Source: Acidobacteriota bacterium
GTDB taxonomy: Bacteria; Acidobacteriota; UBA4820; DSQY01
Assembly (NCBI GenBank): GCA_049967655.1
Contig: JBMFSH010000002.1
Span: 1-64,000 of the forward strand
Direction of reading: 5' to 3'
DNA length: 64,000 bases
Shown: positions 39,260 through 49,072 of the stretch, piece by piece
Layout: the number at the start of each line of letters is the position of its first letter
Numbering within the stretch: position 1 is the stretch's first letter
Notes under the pieces: model-generated
What the model was told of the DNA's origin: nothing
The model's input: only the letters and a program-made list of their open reading frames with translations
The model's database searches: none
Made by a program: the position numbers and the translations under genes

Positions 39260-39997
39260 TCAGGCGGCGTTGGCGGTGTCTCGGACGATGAGGCCGTCGC
39301 GTATCTCCACGACCCGGCCGGCCCGATTGGCGAGGGCCATGTCGTGGGTGACCACCACGAGCGTCCCGCCCTGCTCCCAGAGGTTCTTGAACAGGGTCAT
39401 GATGTCTCCGCCCGAGGCCGAGTCCAGGTTGCCGGTGGGCTCGTCGGCCAGCAGGATGTCGGGGTTCATAGCCAGGGCCCGCGCGATGGCCACGCGCTGC
39501 ATCTGGCCGCCCGAGAGTTCGGTGGGTTTGTGGTCCATGCGATTGCCGAGCCCGACGCGCTCCAGGAGCTCGCTGGCCCGCTCATGGCGCTCCTTCTTGG
39601 AGACGCCGCCGAAGAGCATGGGCATCTCCACGTTCTCAAAGGCGCTGATCTGCGGAAGCAGGTTGAAGTTCTGGAAGATGAACCCGACCCGCCGGTTGCG
39701 GACGTCGGCGAGCTGGTCGCGATCTAGCCCCGACACGGCCTCACCGGCCAGATCGAAGCGCCCCTCCGAAGGGGTGTCCAAACACCCGATCAGGTTCATG
39801 AGGGTGGACTTGCCCGAGCCGGAGGGGCCGACGATGGCCACGAACTCGCCCTTCTGGACCGAGAGGTCGATGCCCCGCAGCGCCTCCACCTTGACCTTGC
39901 CCGTGTCGTACACCTTGGTGATGCCGTCCATATGGATGATGGCGCCGGTGCCGTTGGCGCCGTTCTTGCCGTTTCTCCTGATCAGCGGCCAGTTCAT
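39260..39997 (-). CDS. ABC transporter ATP-binding protein (LolD/MacB-type)
   Basis: GPSGSGKST, LSGGQMQRVAIARAL, LLADEPTGNLD. Confidence 0.95.
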   Translation of the reverse strand: MNWPLIRRNGKNGANGTGAIIHMDGITKVYDTGKVKVEALRGIDLSVQKGEFVAIVGPSGSGKSTLMNLIGCLDTPSEGRFDLAGEAVSGLDRDQLADVRNRRVGFIFQNFNLLPQISAFENVEMPMLFGGVSKKERHERASELLERVGLGNRMDHKPTELSGGQMQRVAIARALAMNPDILLADEPTGNLDSASGGDIMTLFKNLWEQGGTLVVVTHDMALANRAGRVVEIRDGLIVRDTANAA

Positions 39998-40118
39998 CGG
40001 ATCCTCCTGCGTGCTTTTACGAGGGCCGGGGGTTCAGGGTTTCTAGAAAGTGGGAAGGGAGGAGTGAGGGGCAAAGAAAGCGACAAGTGAGAAGCGCAAC
40101 GCTGGCCTTCTTCTCCAG

Positions 40119-40164
40119 TTACCTACTTATCTACTCACCTACTCACCTACTCACCTACTCACCT
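40119..40164 (+). repeat. Tandem 8-mer (TCACCTAC)n, intergenic
   Basis: About 6 units, the first two degenerate. Confidence 0.85.
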
Positions 40165-40177
40165 CCGCTTCCCGCCG

Positions 40178-41428
40178 TCATTCGTACCTGAGGGTCTCGG
40201 CCGGATCGATGCTGGCGGCGCGGCGCGCCGGGAAGTAGCCGGCCAGCAGGCCGATCAGGCCCAGGATCGCCGCCGTGGAAATGCCGATGGGCCAGGAGAG
40301 GGTAGGCTTCCCGAGGAAGGCCAGCGCCTGGTTGCCGCCCGTGGGGATCAGGCTCAGCAGGATGACGATGGTGACGGCGATGACGAGGCCGCAGGCCCCG
40401 CCCAAGAGGGTGTAGATCAGGCCTTGCAGGACGAAGGGGCCGGTGATCCACGAGCGGCGGGCGCCCATGGCCATCTGGATGCCGATCTCCCGGGTCTTCT
40501 CCTTCACCACGGCGTACATGATGTTGGCGACGCCGATGCCGCCGATGAGCAGCGTCAGCGCGCCGATGATGCCCAGGAAGAGCTCGATGCCCAGCATCAT
40601 CTTGCCCATGATCTCCGAGCCCTTGACCGTGTCCCAGATCCCGAAGACCTTGGGGTCCTCCGGGTCGAAGCCGTATTTGGCCGAGAGGACCTGCTTGAAG
40701 CGCTTCAGGGCCTCGGGCATCTCCTCGGGACGGCGCACCTGGATGACGAGGTTGTTCAGCTGCTGCGTGCCGTACTGGGCGATGTAGGTGGTGATCGGAA
40801 TGACGGCGTGTTCATCCTCCGGGCCGGCATAGTTGCCCATCTGGAGCTTGGGCTTCATGACCCCGATGACGAGGTAGGGGGAGCCGTTGAGCTGGAGCGT
40901 CTTGCCCACCGGGTCCTCCTTCCCGAAGATGTCCGTGGCCAGTTTGTTTCCCAGGAAGACCACGCGGCGCTTCTCGGCCTCGTCGATGGGGTTGAAAAAG
41001 CGTCCGCCGGGTTGCGGGATGTGGTTTCGCATCTCCCCGTAGATCCAGTTCGTGCCGATGACGTGGCCGGTGACGGTCTTCCTGCCGTAGGTCAGCGTGG
41101 TGCCCCAGCTGTGGATCTCACCCAGGACGCCCTTGAGGTCGGGCATCCTCTGCCGGAGGTACTCCACGTCGTCGGCGATGGGGCGCACGGGCCTTCCGGC
41201 CGGCAGCCCCTTCCACGGCTGCGAGGTCTCGCCGGGCCAGATGACCGCGATGTTTAGCCCCATGGCCCGCCGGCTTTTCATGAGTTGGTCCTTCAGCCCC
41301 TGCCCGAAGGCGAGCAGGAGCAGGATGGCGACCGTGCCCCACGCGATGGCGGCCACCGTGAGGATGGCCCGCTTCTTCTGCAGCATCGAGGAGCGGAGAA
41401 ACAGCTGGAAGATCAGCTTCAGGCGCAT
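40178..41428 (-). CDS. ABC transporter permease (MacB/FtsX family)
   Basis: IGGIGVANIM...EKTREIGIQMAMGA, GYFPARRAASIDP. Confidence 0.92.
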   Translation of the reverse strand: MRLKLIFQLFLRSSMLQKKRAILTVAAIAWGTVAILLLLAFGQGLKDQLMKSRRAMGLNIAVIWPGETSQPWKGLPAGRPVRPIADDVEYLRQRMPDLKGVLGEIHSWGTTLTYGRKTVTGHVIGTNWIYGEMRNHIPQPGGRFFNPIDEAEKRRVVFLGNKLATDIFGKEDPVGKTLQLNGSPYLVIGVMKPKLQMGNYAGPEDEHAVIPITTYIAQYGTQQLNNLVIQVRRPEEMPEALKRFKQVLSAKYGFDPEDPKVFGIWDTVKGSEIMGKMMLGIELFLGIIGALTLLIGGIGVANIMYAVVKEKTREIGIQMAMGARRSWITGPFVLQGLIYTLLGGACGLVIAVTIVILLSLIPTGGNQALAFLGKPTLSWPIGISTAAILGLIGLLAGYFPARRAASIDPAETLRYE

Positions 41429-41451
41429 GAGGAAACCCAGGCAAGGGGCTT

Positions 41452-41532
41452 ACCACCAAGGCACCAAGGCGCCAAGAGGGATCTATTCCTCTTCAAATTC
41501 CCTGTTCTTGGTGTCTTGGTGCCTTTGTGGTT
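41452..41532. repeat. Inverted repeat with CACCAAGG 8-mer periodic arms
   Basis: ACCACCAAGGCACCAAGGCGCCAAGA versus TCTTGGTGTCTTGGTGCCTTTGTGGT, between the two permease genes. Confidence 0.8.
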
Positions 41533-41545
41533 CATCTTTTTCTCC

Positions 41546-42784
41546 TCACAGCTTCATGGCGACGACGGGATCGAGGTTGGCCGCGTCGCGCGCCGGAAAG
41601 TAACCCGCCAGCAAACCGACGAATCCGAGGACTCCGGCTGTGAGAGCCGCCACGGACGGGGAGACGAGCGGCGTGCCCACGTATTCGGTGAGCCCGAACT
41701 TTGGGAAGATGGCGCAGATCCCGGCCGAGAGGAGCAGCCCCAGCGCCCCGCCGATCCCGGTGAGCGTCATGGTTTCGAGGAGGAACTGTCGGAGGACGTC
41801 CCCCCGCTTGGCTCCCAGCGCCATCTTGATGCCGATCTCCCGGGTGCGCTCTTCCACGACCACGTTCATGATGTTGGAAACGCCGATGCCGCCCACCACG
41901 AGCGTCAGGGAGCCGACGATTCCCAGGAAGAGTTGGAAGCCCAGCATGAAGGCGTCCATGAAGGCGAACATGTCGGTGGTGTCCCACACCATGAGCGCCT
42001 GATCATCCTTGGGATCGAAGTGAAGGCGCTTGGCCAGAATGCCCCGGATGTCGAGGGTGAGAGGCTTGTTGCCTTCCGGAGCCTCGGCCTTGTAGATGAA
42101 GTCGTCCATGTATTTCTCGCCGGTGATGGCCCGGAAGGTGGTGGAGGGGATGAACATCTTGTCCTTGTCCCGCCCGCTGTAGCTGGAGTCCTGTTCCTTG
42201 GGCTTGAGGACGCCGACGACCAGGAACGGCGAGTCGGCGAGCATGAAGGTTTTGCCCACGGGATTGGCCTCCCCGAAGAAGTCCTTCGCGAACGCGTCCC
42301 CGATGAAGGCCACCCTCCGCCGGTCGCTCATGTCGAGCGGGTCGAAGAACCGGCCCCCCTCCTGGGGAATCAGGTTGCGCATGGCGCCGAAGACGGGGGA
42401 GACGCCCGAGACATCCACCATCATGGTCTTGTTGCCGCTGTGGACCTTGAAGCTCTTGGCGTACTCGCTGGAGATGCCCGCCAACCCCGCGGCCTGGCGT
42501 TTGACGGCCTCGATGTCCTCCTCCGTCATGAGGAGGCGGCGTCCCTTCCCGATGCCCTCCCAGGGGAGCGAGGTGCGCATCGGCCAGCCGATGACGATGC
42601 GGTCGCCGAGGCCCGCCGCGCTCTGGATCATGGACTTGTGAAGCCCTTGGCCGAAGGCCAGCAGCAGGCTCACGGCCACGGTGCCCCACACGATGCCGAA
42701 GGTGGTGAGGAAGGTGCGGAGCTTCTGGCTGCGGAGGTTCCGATAGAGCTGGCGGAAGACCTCGATCGGGCCGGATATGGACAT
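41546..42784 (-). CDS. ABC transporter permease (MacB/FtsX family)
   Basis: VGGIGVSNIM...ERTREIGIKMALGA, GYFPARDAANLDP. Confidence 0.92.
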   Translation of the reverse strand: MSISGPIEVFRQLYRNLRSQKLRTFLTTFGIVWGTVAVSLLLAFGQGLHKSMIQSAAGLGDRIVIGWPMRTSLPWEGIGKGRRLLMTEEDIEAVKRQAAGLAGISSEYAKSFKVHSGNKTMMVDVSGVSPVFGAMRNLIPQEGGRFFDPLDMSDRRRVAFIGDAFAKDFFGEANPVGKTFMLADSPFLVVGVLKPKEQDSSYSGRDKDKMFIPSTTFRAITGEKYMDDFIYKAEAPEGNKPLTLDIRGILAKRLHFDPKDDQALMVWDTTDMFAFMDAFMLGFQLFLGIVGSLTLVVGGIGVSNIMNVVVEERTREIGIKMALGAKRGDVLRQFLLETMTLTGIGGALGLLLSAGICAIFPKFGLTEYVGTPLVSPSVAALTAGVLGFVGLLAGYFPARDAANLDPVVAMKL

Positions 42785-42854
42785 GGCTCCCTCCCTGGGA
42801 TCGGGCGGCGAGGGGGCGTGGCGAGGGACCCTCCGCCGCGCGGCCGGTTCTGAC

Positions 42855-43961
42855 CTAGCTGATTTCCTTCGGCGGGCGCTGGACCACCTTTTCGCCGACC
42901 TTCAGCCCCGAGACCACTTCGATGTTCAGGCCGTCGGAGAGGCCGAGCGTCACCGGCACCTTCTTGGGCGGCTCGTCGGACCTGGCCGCCGGCACCTCGA
43001 CGTAGGCCTTCTTGCCGCCGTCCTCGAAGGAGACCAGCCTTTCGGGGATGATGGGGATGTCCTTCTTCTCCCGGATGATCACGTCCGCGTTGGCGGAGTA
43101 GCCCGCGCGCAGGGTGATCTTCGCGTCGGGAGTCAGCTCGATCTCCACGTCGAAGAGGGTGGAGCCCTCCTTCTTCTCGGCCTGGGGCGCGATGCGGGAG
43201 ACGCGGCCGGTCACGACGTCCGAGGGCAGGGCTCCCACCTTGATCCTGACCGGCAGGCCCAACCTCATCTTGCCCACGTCGATCTCGTCCACCGTGCCCT
43301 TGAAGATGAGGTCGCTCATGTCGGCGATGCTGGCCAGCTCGGTGCCCGCCTGGTAGGAGGTGAGGGGCACCACGGGGTCGCCAGGATCCACGCTTCGCGT
43401 CAGCACCGTGCCGGCGGCGGGGGCCCGGATGATGGTCTCCATGGCCGCCCCTCCTCCCGTGACGCGGCCCTTCATGGTCAGCTCGCGGTTGTCACGGGCT
43501 CGCGCGAGGGCCACCTGGGCCTTCTCGTAGGCCTCGCGCATGGCGTCCAGATCCTCCCTCGCCACGACGCCCTGAGAGGCCAGCTCTTTGTAACGCAGGA
43601 AGTCCGCCTTGGCCCGGTCGAAGCCGGCCTGGGCATTCTGGAGGTCCCGGTCCACTTGAATGAGATCCTGGGGCGTGGGATCGGGTGCGATCTCGAAGAG
43701 GGGGTCGCCCGCCTTCACCGTGTCGCCCACCTGCACCACGCACCGCTTCACGATGCCGCTGATCTTGGATTTGACCTGAAATTTCTGTCTCGGTTCGATC
43801 TGTCCGACGGCCAGTGCCTTCTCCGTGATGGAGCCCCGTTCCACTGGAACAAGCTTGAAGTCGTCCTTCTTGGAGCCGGCGTGTCTGACCCACGCGTACA
43901 CCCCTGCCGCCGCCACCCCCACGGCGACCAGGATGAACAGAATCTTCACCAACCTCGCCAT
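42855..43961 (-). CDS. MacA-like periplasmic adaptor
   Basis: VKSKISGIV...VGDTVKAGD, IRAPAAGTV, VDEIDVGK, GYSANA. Confidence 0.9.
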   Translation of the reverse strand: MARLVKILFILVAVGVAAAGVYAWVRHAGSKKDDFKLVPVERGSITEKALAVGQIEPRQKFQVKSKISGIVKRCVVQVGDTVKAGDPLFEIAPDPTPQDLIQVDRDLQNAQAGFDRAKADFLRYKELASQGVVAREDLDAMREAYEKAQVALARARDNRELTMKGRVTGGGAAMETIIRAPAAGTVLTRSVDPGDPVVPLTSYQAGTELASIADMSDLIFKGTVDEIDVGKMRLGLPVRIKVGALPSDVVTGRVSRIAPQAEKKEGSTLFDVEIELTPDAKITLRAGYSANADVIIREKKDIPIIPERLVSFEDGGKKAYVEVPAARSDEPPKKVPVTLGLSDGLNIEVVSGLKVGEKVVQRPPKEIS

Positions 43962-44192
43962 CGTCCTCTCCTTAGCTCTCTTCGGCGGATGCCCTGAGGT
44001 TCACCACGCTGGGTTATACGGGGGGAGGGGAGAAAGGTTTGGCCGGGCCAGCCAGGCCGAGGGCCGCGCAGACCCGCCGGGGGAATAGCGGAGGCGGCAA
44101 GCAGGGAGACTTGACGACCACGGTCCGCCGCTCGGCGGATGGACCGCCCGGCCTACCCAAGAACAGCATTGCTCCAGTTGGAAGATGCCGTC

Positions 44193-44642
44193 CTAGGCCG
44201 GGAACTTGCCCGTCTTGTTGCGCCGGTAGCGGAGGCCGAGCGCGGCGAGCGCCACGGCGAGGAAGCCGAAGTCCCGGAGGATGGAGAGGAGGATCTCCCC
44301 GCGGGCGCCGGAGTGGCCGAAGCATCCGCAGTTGATGTCCAGGCCGCGGACCCAGGCCTGGCCCATGGCGGCCAGAAACGCCACCAGCATGAGGTTGGCC
44401 AGGACGATCCCCCCCTCCGCCGAGAAGCCGGATAGGAGGGCCAATCCCATGACGGCCTCGATCCAGGGAAGGATCACGGCCAGCGGATTGACCAGCCCGT
44501 CCGGGAGTATCGCATAGTGGGAGATGTCGGCCGCAAAGCCTGATGGATTCAGGATCTTGGGAACGGCGGCGGCCAAGAAGATGCCCGCCACGGCCCAGCG
44601 GGCGAGGCGCTCCGCCCAAATCACCCAGCCGCTTGGTTTCAC
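44193..44642 (-). CDS. MauE/DoxX family membrane protein
   Basis: FLAAAVPKILNP..F, LPWIE, GLDINCGCFG, RD. GTGA overlap with the rhodanese stop. Confidence 0.85.
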   Translation of the reverse strand: MKPSGWVIWAERLARWAVAGIFLAAAVPKILNPSGFAADISHYAILPDGLVNPLAVILPWIEAVMGLALLSGFSAEGGIVLANLMLVAFLAAMGQAWVRGLDINCGCFGHSGARGEILLSILRDFGFLAVALAALGLRYRRNKTGKFPA

Positions 44643-45118
44643 GGTTTGTAGGTCCCCCGTTCGATAGGCAGGTTGGCCCTCATCCAGCCCGGCAGTCCGT
44701 CGTGGAAGACGGCCACCCGGTTGTCCGAGTAGCCCTTGGCGATGAGCTCCTTGGCCAGCTCCTCGGAGGTGCCGCACGAGCCGCCCGAGCAATAGACGAT
44801 GATGAGCTTGGCCTTCTGGAGCTCGGGGGCCACCTTGGCGTAGTAGGGAGCGAAGTTGTCCGCCGGCACGTTGAGCGCGTGGGGAATGTGGCCGAGCGCG
44901 AATTCCTCGGAGGAGCGAGCGTCCACGATGACCGTGCCCGGCTGCTGCAGATAGTACCGGACCTCCTGGAGGGACATCATCCGCGCCCCCTCCTGGGCCA
45001 GGCGCGCGGCTGTGCCTCCGCGCAGAGGAAGTCCACTGGGTGAAAGGGCGTTGTAGGCCAGGCCCACCAGGGAGCCGACGGCAACCAGGGCGGCCATCTG
45101 AAGGAAACTGCGGCGCAT
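44639..45118 (-). CDS. Membrane-anchored rhodanese-like protein
   Basis: N-terminal TM, VDARS.EEF..GHIPHA, YCSGGSC, GLPGW. Confidence 0.88.
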   Translation of the reverse strand: MRRSFLQMAALVAVGSLVGLAYNALSPSGLPLRGGTAARLAQEGARMMSLQEVRYYLQQPGTVIVDARSSEEFALGHIPHALNVPADNFAPYYAKVAPELQKAKLIIVYCSGGSCGTSEELAKELIAKGYSDNRVAVFHDGLPGWMRANLPIERGTYKP

Positions 45119-45476
45119 GATTCCTCCTCGTCGAAGAACGCAATCTTATAACCAAGGGGCAAGGGGGAGCAAGCGGCTCCCGCCGGAACCTGAGCCGAGG
45201 ACAATTCTCAACTAGGAGGAGCAGCTGAGACCTTCCGACATCCACGAGCCCCAGGTTCGACATCCAAAATCCAGACGACCCTCCGCGGAGGACCTTCACG
45301 CAATCCCGATCTCCGATGGAGAAACATGGGATGCGCGTGGTTTCATCCCTGATACCCCGGCCTCCGCGAAGGAGACCGAGAGGCCGACGGCCCGGCCGAG
45401 CTCCCGCGGCACTGCGTCTCCGCCATGGGCCGTCCAGCGTCCAGATCGGACTCCTTATAGCGGGACGAGCACCATC

Positions 45477-45492
45477 TGGCATTGAGCTTGCT
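45477..45492 (+). promoter_or_regulatory. sigma54 (-24/-12) promoter
   Basis: TGGCATTGAGCTTGCT matches TGGCAY-N5-TTGCW, 29 nt before the ATG at 45522 and at the end of a 400-bp intergenic region. Confidence 0.7.
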
Positions 45493-45521
45493 GAAGTAAC
45501 CCCCCGGAGGCGCAGGCAGGC

Positions 45522-47177
45522 ATGGTCAAAAGTTCTTTCGAGTGGCGGGATTGGGGGCCGTCGGCTTTGGAGGAGGCCGGTCGGTCGCGCAAGCCGCTCT
45601 TCCTGCTGGTCACAACCTTCAGTTCGGAGCAAGCAATCGGTATTTCCGGGGCCATCGCGGAAGACAGGGTGCTCTCTTCCCTCCTGGCCCGCTCCTTCGT
45701 TCCCGTGCTTGCCGATGGGGATTGCCACCCGGAATTGGGGCGACTCTACTTCTCGACACCGGCGCCCGCTGCGGCCCTCCTGCATCCCGACGGGACCCTC
45801 CTGGCCAACTGTCCGCTGGAGGCGCCCGGCACCCTCGTGAAGCTCCTTAGGTCGGCGGTCGTGGCGGCCTCCCATTACAGCCCGCCGGTGGCGCCGGTTT
45901 TCGGAGGATACCCGGTGCCCTTCATCGAGCATCATCCTCGTAGCCTCGAGCGCGGGTTGGAATTGGTGGAGGGTATCTACCAGAAGCTCCTGGACCGTCT
46001 GATCGTGGAAGGAGGCGAATTCGGCGAAGGGGCCGGAGCGCCGTGCATCGAACCGATCCGCTTCCTCTTGCGGTACGGGACCTTCATGGGTAGCCGCGAG
46101 GCCCTCGAAAGGGCTGTTCAGATACTCCAGTCGTTGGCCTACTCGCCCCTTTACGACTCCGTTGAGGGCGGATTCTTTCACGCCCGGGACGGCTCGCGGC
46201 TAGATACCCGAAAGTTCCTTCAGGACAACGCCCACTGGCTCATCCTGTCGCTCCGCGTGGCCGCCGTGCCGGAGGGCGGATTTGCCCTTCCTCTGGCGAG
46301 GGGCATCCTCCATTATCTCCAGCAGAAGATGCTCCAGAAGGGAGGCCTGTTTGCGGCCGCGCAGCGGGATGACGATTCCTACTACGCGCTGAGCGGAGAA
46401 GAGCGACGGCGCGTGCGGCCGCCGCAGCTGAATGCGGCGGCCTTGGCGCCGCCCAACGCACTGGCCGTGAGGGCCCTGTGCAACGGGTGGCAATTTCTGG
46501 GGGAAAGGGCCTACCTGAACTTCGCCCAGCGGGTCCATGGCCGGCTCGAGAGCGACCTGATGGGACCGGATGGAGCCCTCGCCCACTCCAGAACCGGTGA
46601 GGCGCTCGGTGCGGCGTACCTCGGCGCCCAGGTGGAACTCGGCTACGCGCGGCTGGCCCTATACCAGTCCACGTTGGATCCCCGCTATCTGGAGGGGGTG
46701 GAGAAGGTCGCCAGGCTCCTGGTGTCGGACTACTCCAATCCGGCGGGCCTGGGATTCCTAGACGTGCGTCCCAAGGACAGGGACCGGCTGGCCGTCTTCC
46801 GGCCCATGCTTGATCCGGTCATGAACGCAAGAGCGGCTGGCTTCCTGATCCTCGCCTCGGCCCAACTGGAGGATGAGAAACTGGCCCTTCCCGCGCGGAG
46901 GGTGCTGGGCGCCCTCGTGGAGGCCGAGCTCGAAGATCTGAGTGCCCTGTGCCAATTGGGCAACGCGCTCCTGGTGACGCTCACGCCCCTGGCCGTCTAC
47001 GTTGCGGTGACCGATGGTTCAAGCCGGCAGCGCAATCACGTTCTGGAGAAGCTCCGGAAGCTCGGCGCGTCCTTCAGTCTGGTCATGCATCGCGGGCCCT
47101 CCCGTTTCGAGAAGATGCAGGCCCTGCCCCGGCTCATCGCCTGCTGCGGGAACCAGCAGCGCGAGATCCCCATCTGA
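45522..47177 (+). CDS. Divergent YyaL/DUF255-like protein (thioredoxin-like + six-hairpin glycosidase-like domains)
   Basis: WRDWGPSALEEA...KPLFL, PEL..Y, LYDSVEGGFFH, KFLQDNA, GGLFAAQ..D. No CxxC. Confidence 0.7.
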   Translation: MVKSSFEWRDWGPSALEEAGRSRKPLFLLVTTFSSEQAIGISGAIAEDRVLSSLLARSFVPVLADGDCHPELGRLYFSTPAPAAALLHPDGTLLANCPLEAPGTLVKLLRSAVVAASHYSPPVAPVFGGYPVPFIEHHPRSLERGLELVEGIYQKLLDRLIVEGGEFGEGAGAPCIEPIRFLLRYGTFMGSREALERAVQILQSLAYSPLYDSVEGGFFHARDGSRLDTRKFLQDNAHWLILSLRVAAVPEGGFALPLARGILHYLQQKMLQKGGLFAAAQRDDDSYYALSGEERRRVRPPQLNAAALAPPNALAVRALCNGWQFLGERAYLNFAQRVHGRLESDLMGPDGALAHSRTGEALGAAYLGAQVELGYARLALYQSTLDPRYLEGVEKVARLLVSDYSNPAGLGFLDVRPKDRDRLAVFRPMLDPVMNARAAGFLILASAQLEDEKLALPARRVLGALVEAELEDLSALCQLGNALLVTLTPLAVYVAVTDGSSRQRNHVLEKLRKLGASFSLVMHRGPSRFEKMQALPRLIACCGNQQREIPI

Positions 47178-47261
47178 TGAATCGGGCAGAAAAGTCGACG
47201 GAATTGCGTCCGGAGAGGGTAATGTGGTATTAGAACGAGGTCCGGGGGAGTTCTTCCGTGT

Positions 47262-47338
47262 GCGCCCGTAGCTCAGCCGGATAGAGCGTCGGCCTTCGAA
47301 GCCGCAGGTCCCCCGTTCGAGTCGGGGCGGGCGCGCCA
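47262..47338 (+). tRNA. tRNA-Arg (anticodon TCG)
   Basis: GCGCCCG/CGGGCGC acceptor stem, TAGCTCAG D-arm, loop CTTCGAA, GTTCGAGTC T-arm, encoded CCA. Confidence 0.92.
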
Positions 47339-47475
47339 AGTATCCGGGGCGGAGCGTTCGCTGGCAGAAGTGCTCGCCCGGCGGCAATCTCCACGTCAGA
47401 CCGCATCCCACGCCAGGTTGCCTCTGCCCGGAAAATCCACGGAGGCTCCGGAGGACAACGCAGGTAGTGAGATGG

Positions 47476-47560
<85 letters not shown>

Positions 47561-47719
47561 GTTGATCGAGGATGGCTGCCCGCGCGGGGCACGGATGGCT
47601 CGTGCGGGCGTCTGGGCGGGGTGAGGCCGAGAAGGCCCGCCGGAAATGGGTCGAAGCCGCGGGAAGAGCCGGCCTCAGAGGGAGGCCGCAGGGAGCTCCA
47701 CAAAGATAAAGGATTCAGG

Positions 47720-49072
47720 ATGGACATCACATTCAAGCGAGAAGATGGGTGCCAGCGGCTGTACGAGGCGGTCGCCTCATGGGAAGAGATCGCCCCGCGG
47801 TTCTCCGAAGTGGCGCGCACCCTCAGGAGCCAGGTGAGACTGCCCGGTTTCCGGGCGGGCAAGGCCCCCGAGTCCATGGTGCGATCGCGGTTTCGGCGGG
47901 AGATCCGAGAAGAGGTCCTGGATCACCTGCTGGCGGACACGGCCAAGAGCATGGTCGAACAGTACGGCCTCAAGCCGGTGGTGGAGCCCTACGCCCAGGA
48001 GGTGCATCTCGAAGAGGGGGAACCATTCCGATGCACCCTGGTGGCCGAAGAGGCTCCGCAGGTTCCCGCGGTGGAGGCCGCTGGAATCACCATCGAGGTG
48101 CCCAAGGTCGAGGTCTCCGAGGAGCAGGTCGGACGAGCTCTCGAGTCCCTCAGGCAGAGGGCGGCGGTGATGAAGCCCCAGGAGGGTCCCGCGGCGGAGG
48201 GCGATTTCGCGGTGACGACCCTCCAGCGTAAGGGGCAGAGCAAGGGGCAGGAGCGCTTTTTCTGCGCCCTCTCCAAGAGTGAGCATCCCGCTGAAAGAGT
48301 CCTCGTCGGGGCCAAGCCGGGAGACCTGTTGAAGCTTTCGGTTCCTCAGGAGGACCACGGCCACGAGGAGGGTCACGCCCACGAGCACGACCACGGGCCT
48401 GGGCACCTGGCGCCCGGGGAGTACACGCTCAACGTGGTCAAGGTGGTGCGCCGTGAGGTTCCCGAGCTGGGCGACGAATTGGCCAAGGATCTCGGGGCCG
48501 AGAGCCTCGATGCCCTCAAGGGGCAGGTCCGAAATGACATGGAAGCCCGCTTCGCCTCGGAGGTGCGCGGCATCGAGGAGGAGCGCCTGGTGGGAGAGCT
48601 GCTCGAGCGCTACCCGTTTCCGGCCCCGCCCACGCTGGTGGACCGCCAATTGAGAAACGACCTCGAGGAGCTGGCCGAGGAAATGACCAGGCAGGGAGTA
48701 GACCTGGAGAAGGCCGACATGAACTGGGAGGAGATCGCCAAGTCCCGCCGGCCCATCGCGGAGCGCAAGGTGAAGGCGTACTATCTCTTCGAATCCGTCG
48801 CATCGGCCAAGGGCCTGACGGTCTCGGATGCGGAGGTGGACGCCTACTTCGAGCGCAAGGCCGAGGGCACCCGGGTCACGGCCGCTCAGCTCAAGAGCCA
48901 CGCGGTGAAGGAGAAGCAGATCGACATGGTGCAGCGCCTTCTTCTTCACCAGAAGGCCCTGGACTTGCTTCTTTCTCAAGCTTCGGTTACATTCACGGAG
49001 GGGAAATCCGCCACACAGGAGGGATTGAATGCCCCTGATTCCGATAGTCGTGGAGCAGACCAACCGCGGTGA
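47720..49072 (+). CDS. tig: Trigger factor
   Basis: Signature [20 protein letters not shown], position after tRNA-Leu and before clpP. Confidence 0.9.
   Translation: MDITFKREDGCQRLYEAVASWEEIAPRFSEVARTLRSQVRLPGFRAGKAPESMVRSRFRREIREEVLDHLLADTAKSMVEQYGLKPVVEPYAQEVHLEEGEPFRCTLVAEEAPQVPAVEAAGITIEVPKVEVSEEQVGRALESLRQRAAVMKPQEGPAAEGDFAVTTLQRKGQSKGQERFFCALSKSEHPAERVLVGAKPGDLLKLSVPQEDHGHEEGHAHEHDHGPGHLAPGEYTLNVVKVVRREVPELGDELAKDLGAESLDALKGQVRNDMEARFASEVRGIEEERLVGELLERYPFPAPPTLVDRQLRNDLEELAEEMTRQGVDLEKADMNWEEIAKSRRPIAERKVKAYYLFESVASAKGLTVSDAEVDAYFERKAEGTRVTAAQLKSHAVKEKQIDMVQRLLLHQKALDLLLSQASVTFTEGKSATQEGLNAPDSDSRGADQPR

Noticed and set aside
49029..49072. 44-bp tig/clpP overlap as a possible frameshift or recoding site
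   Set aside because: Both genes are complete, so a short C-terminal extension of Tig explains it.
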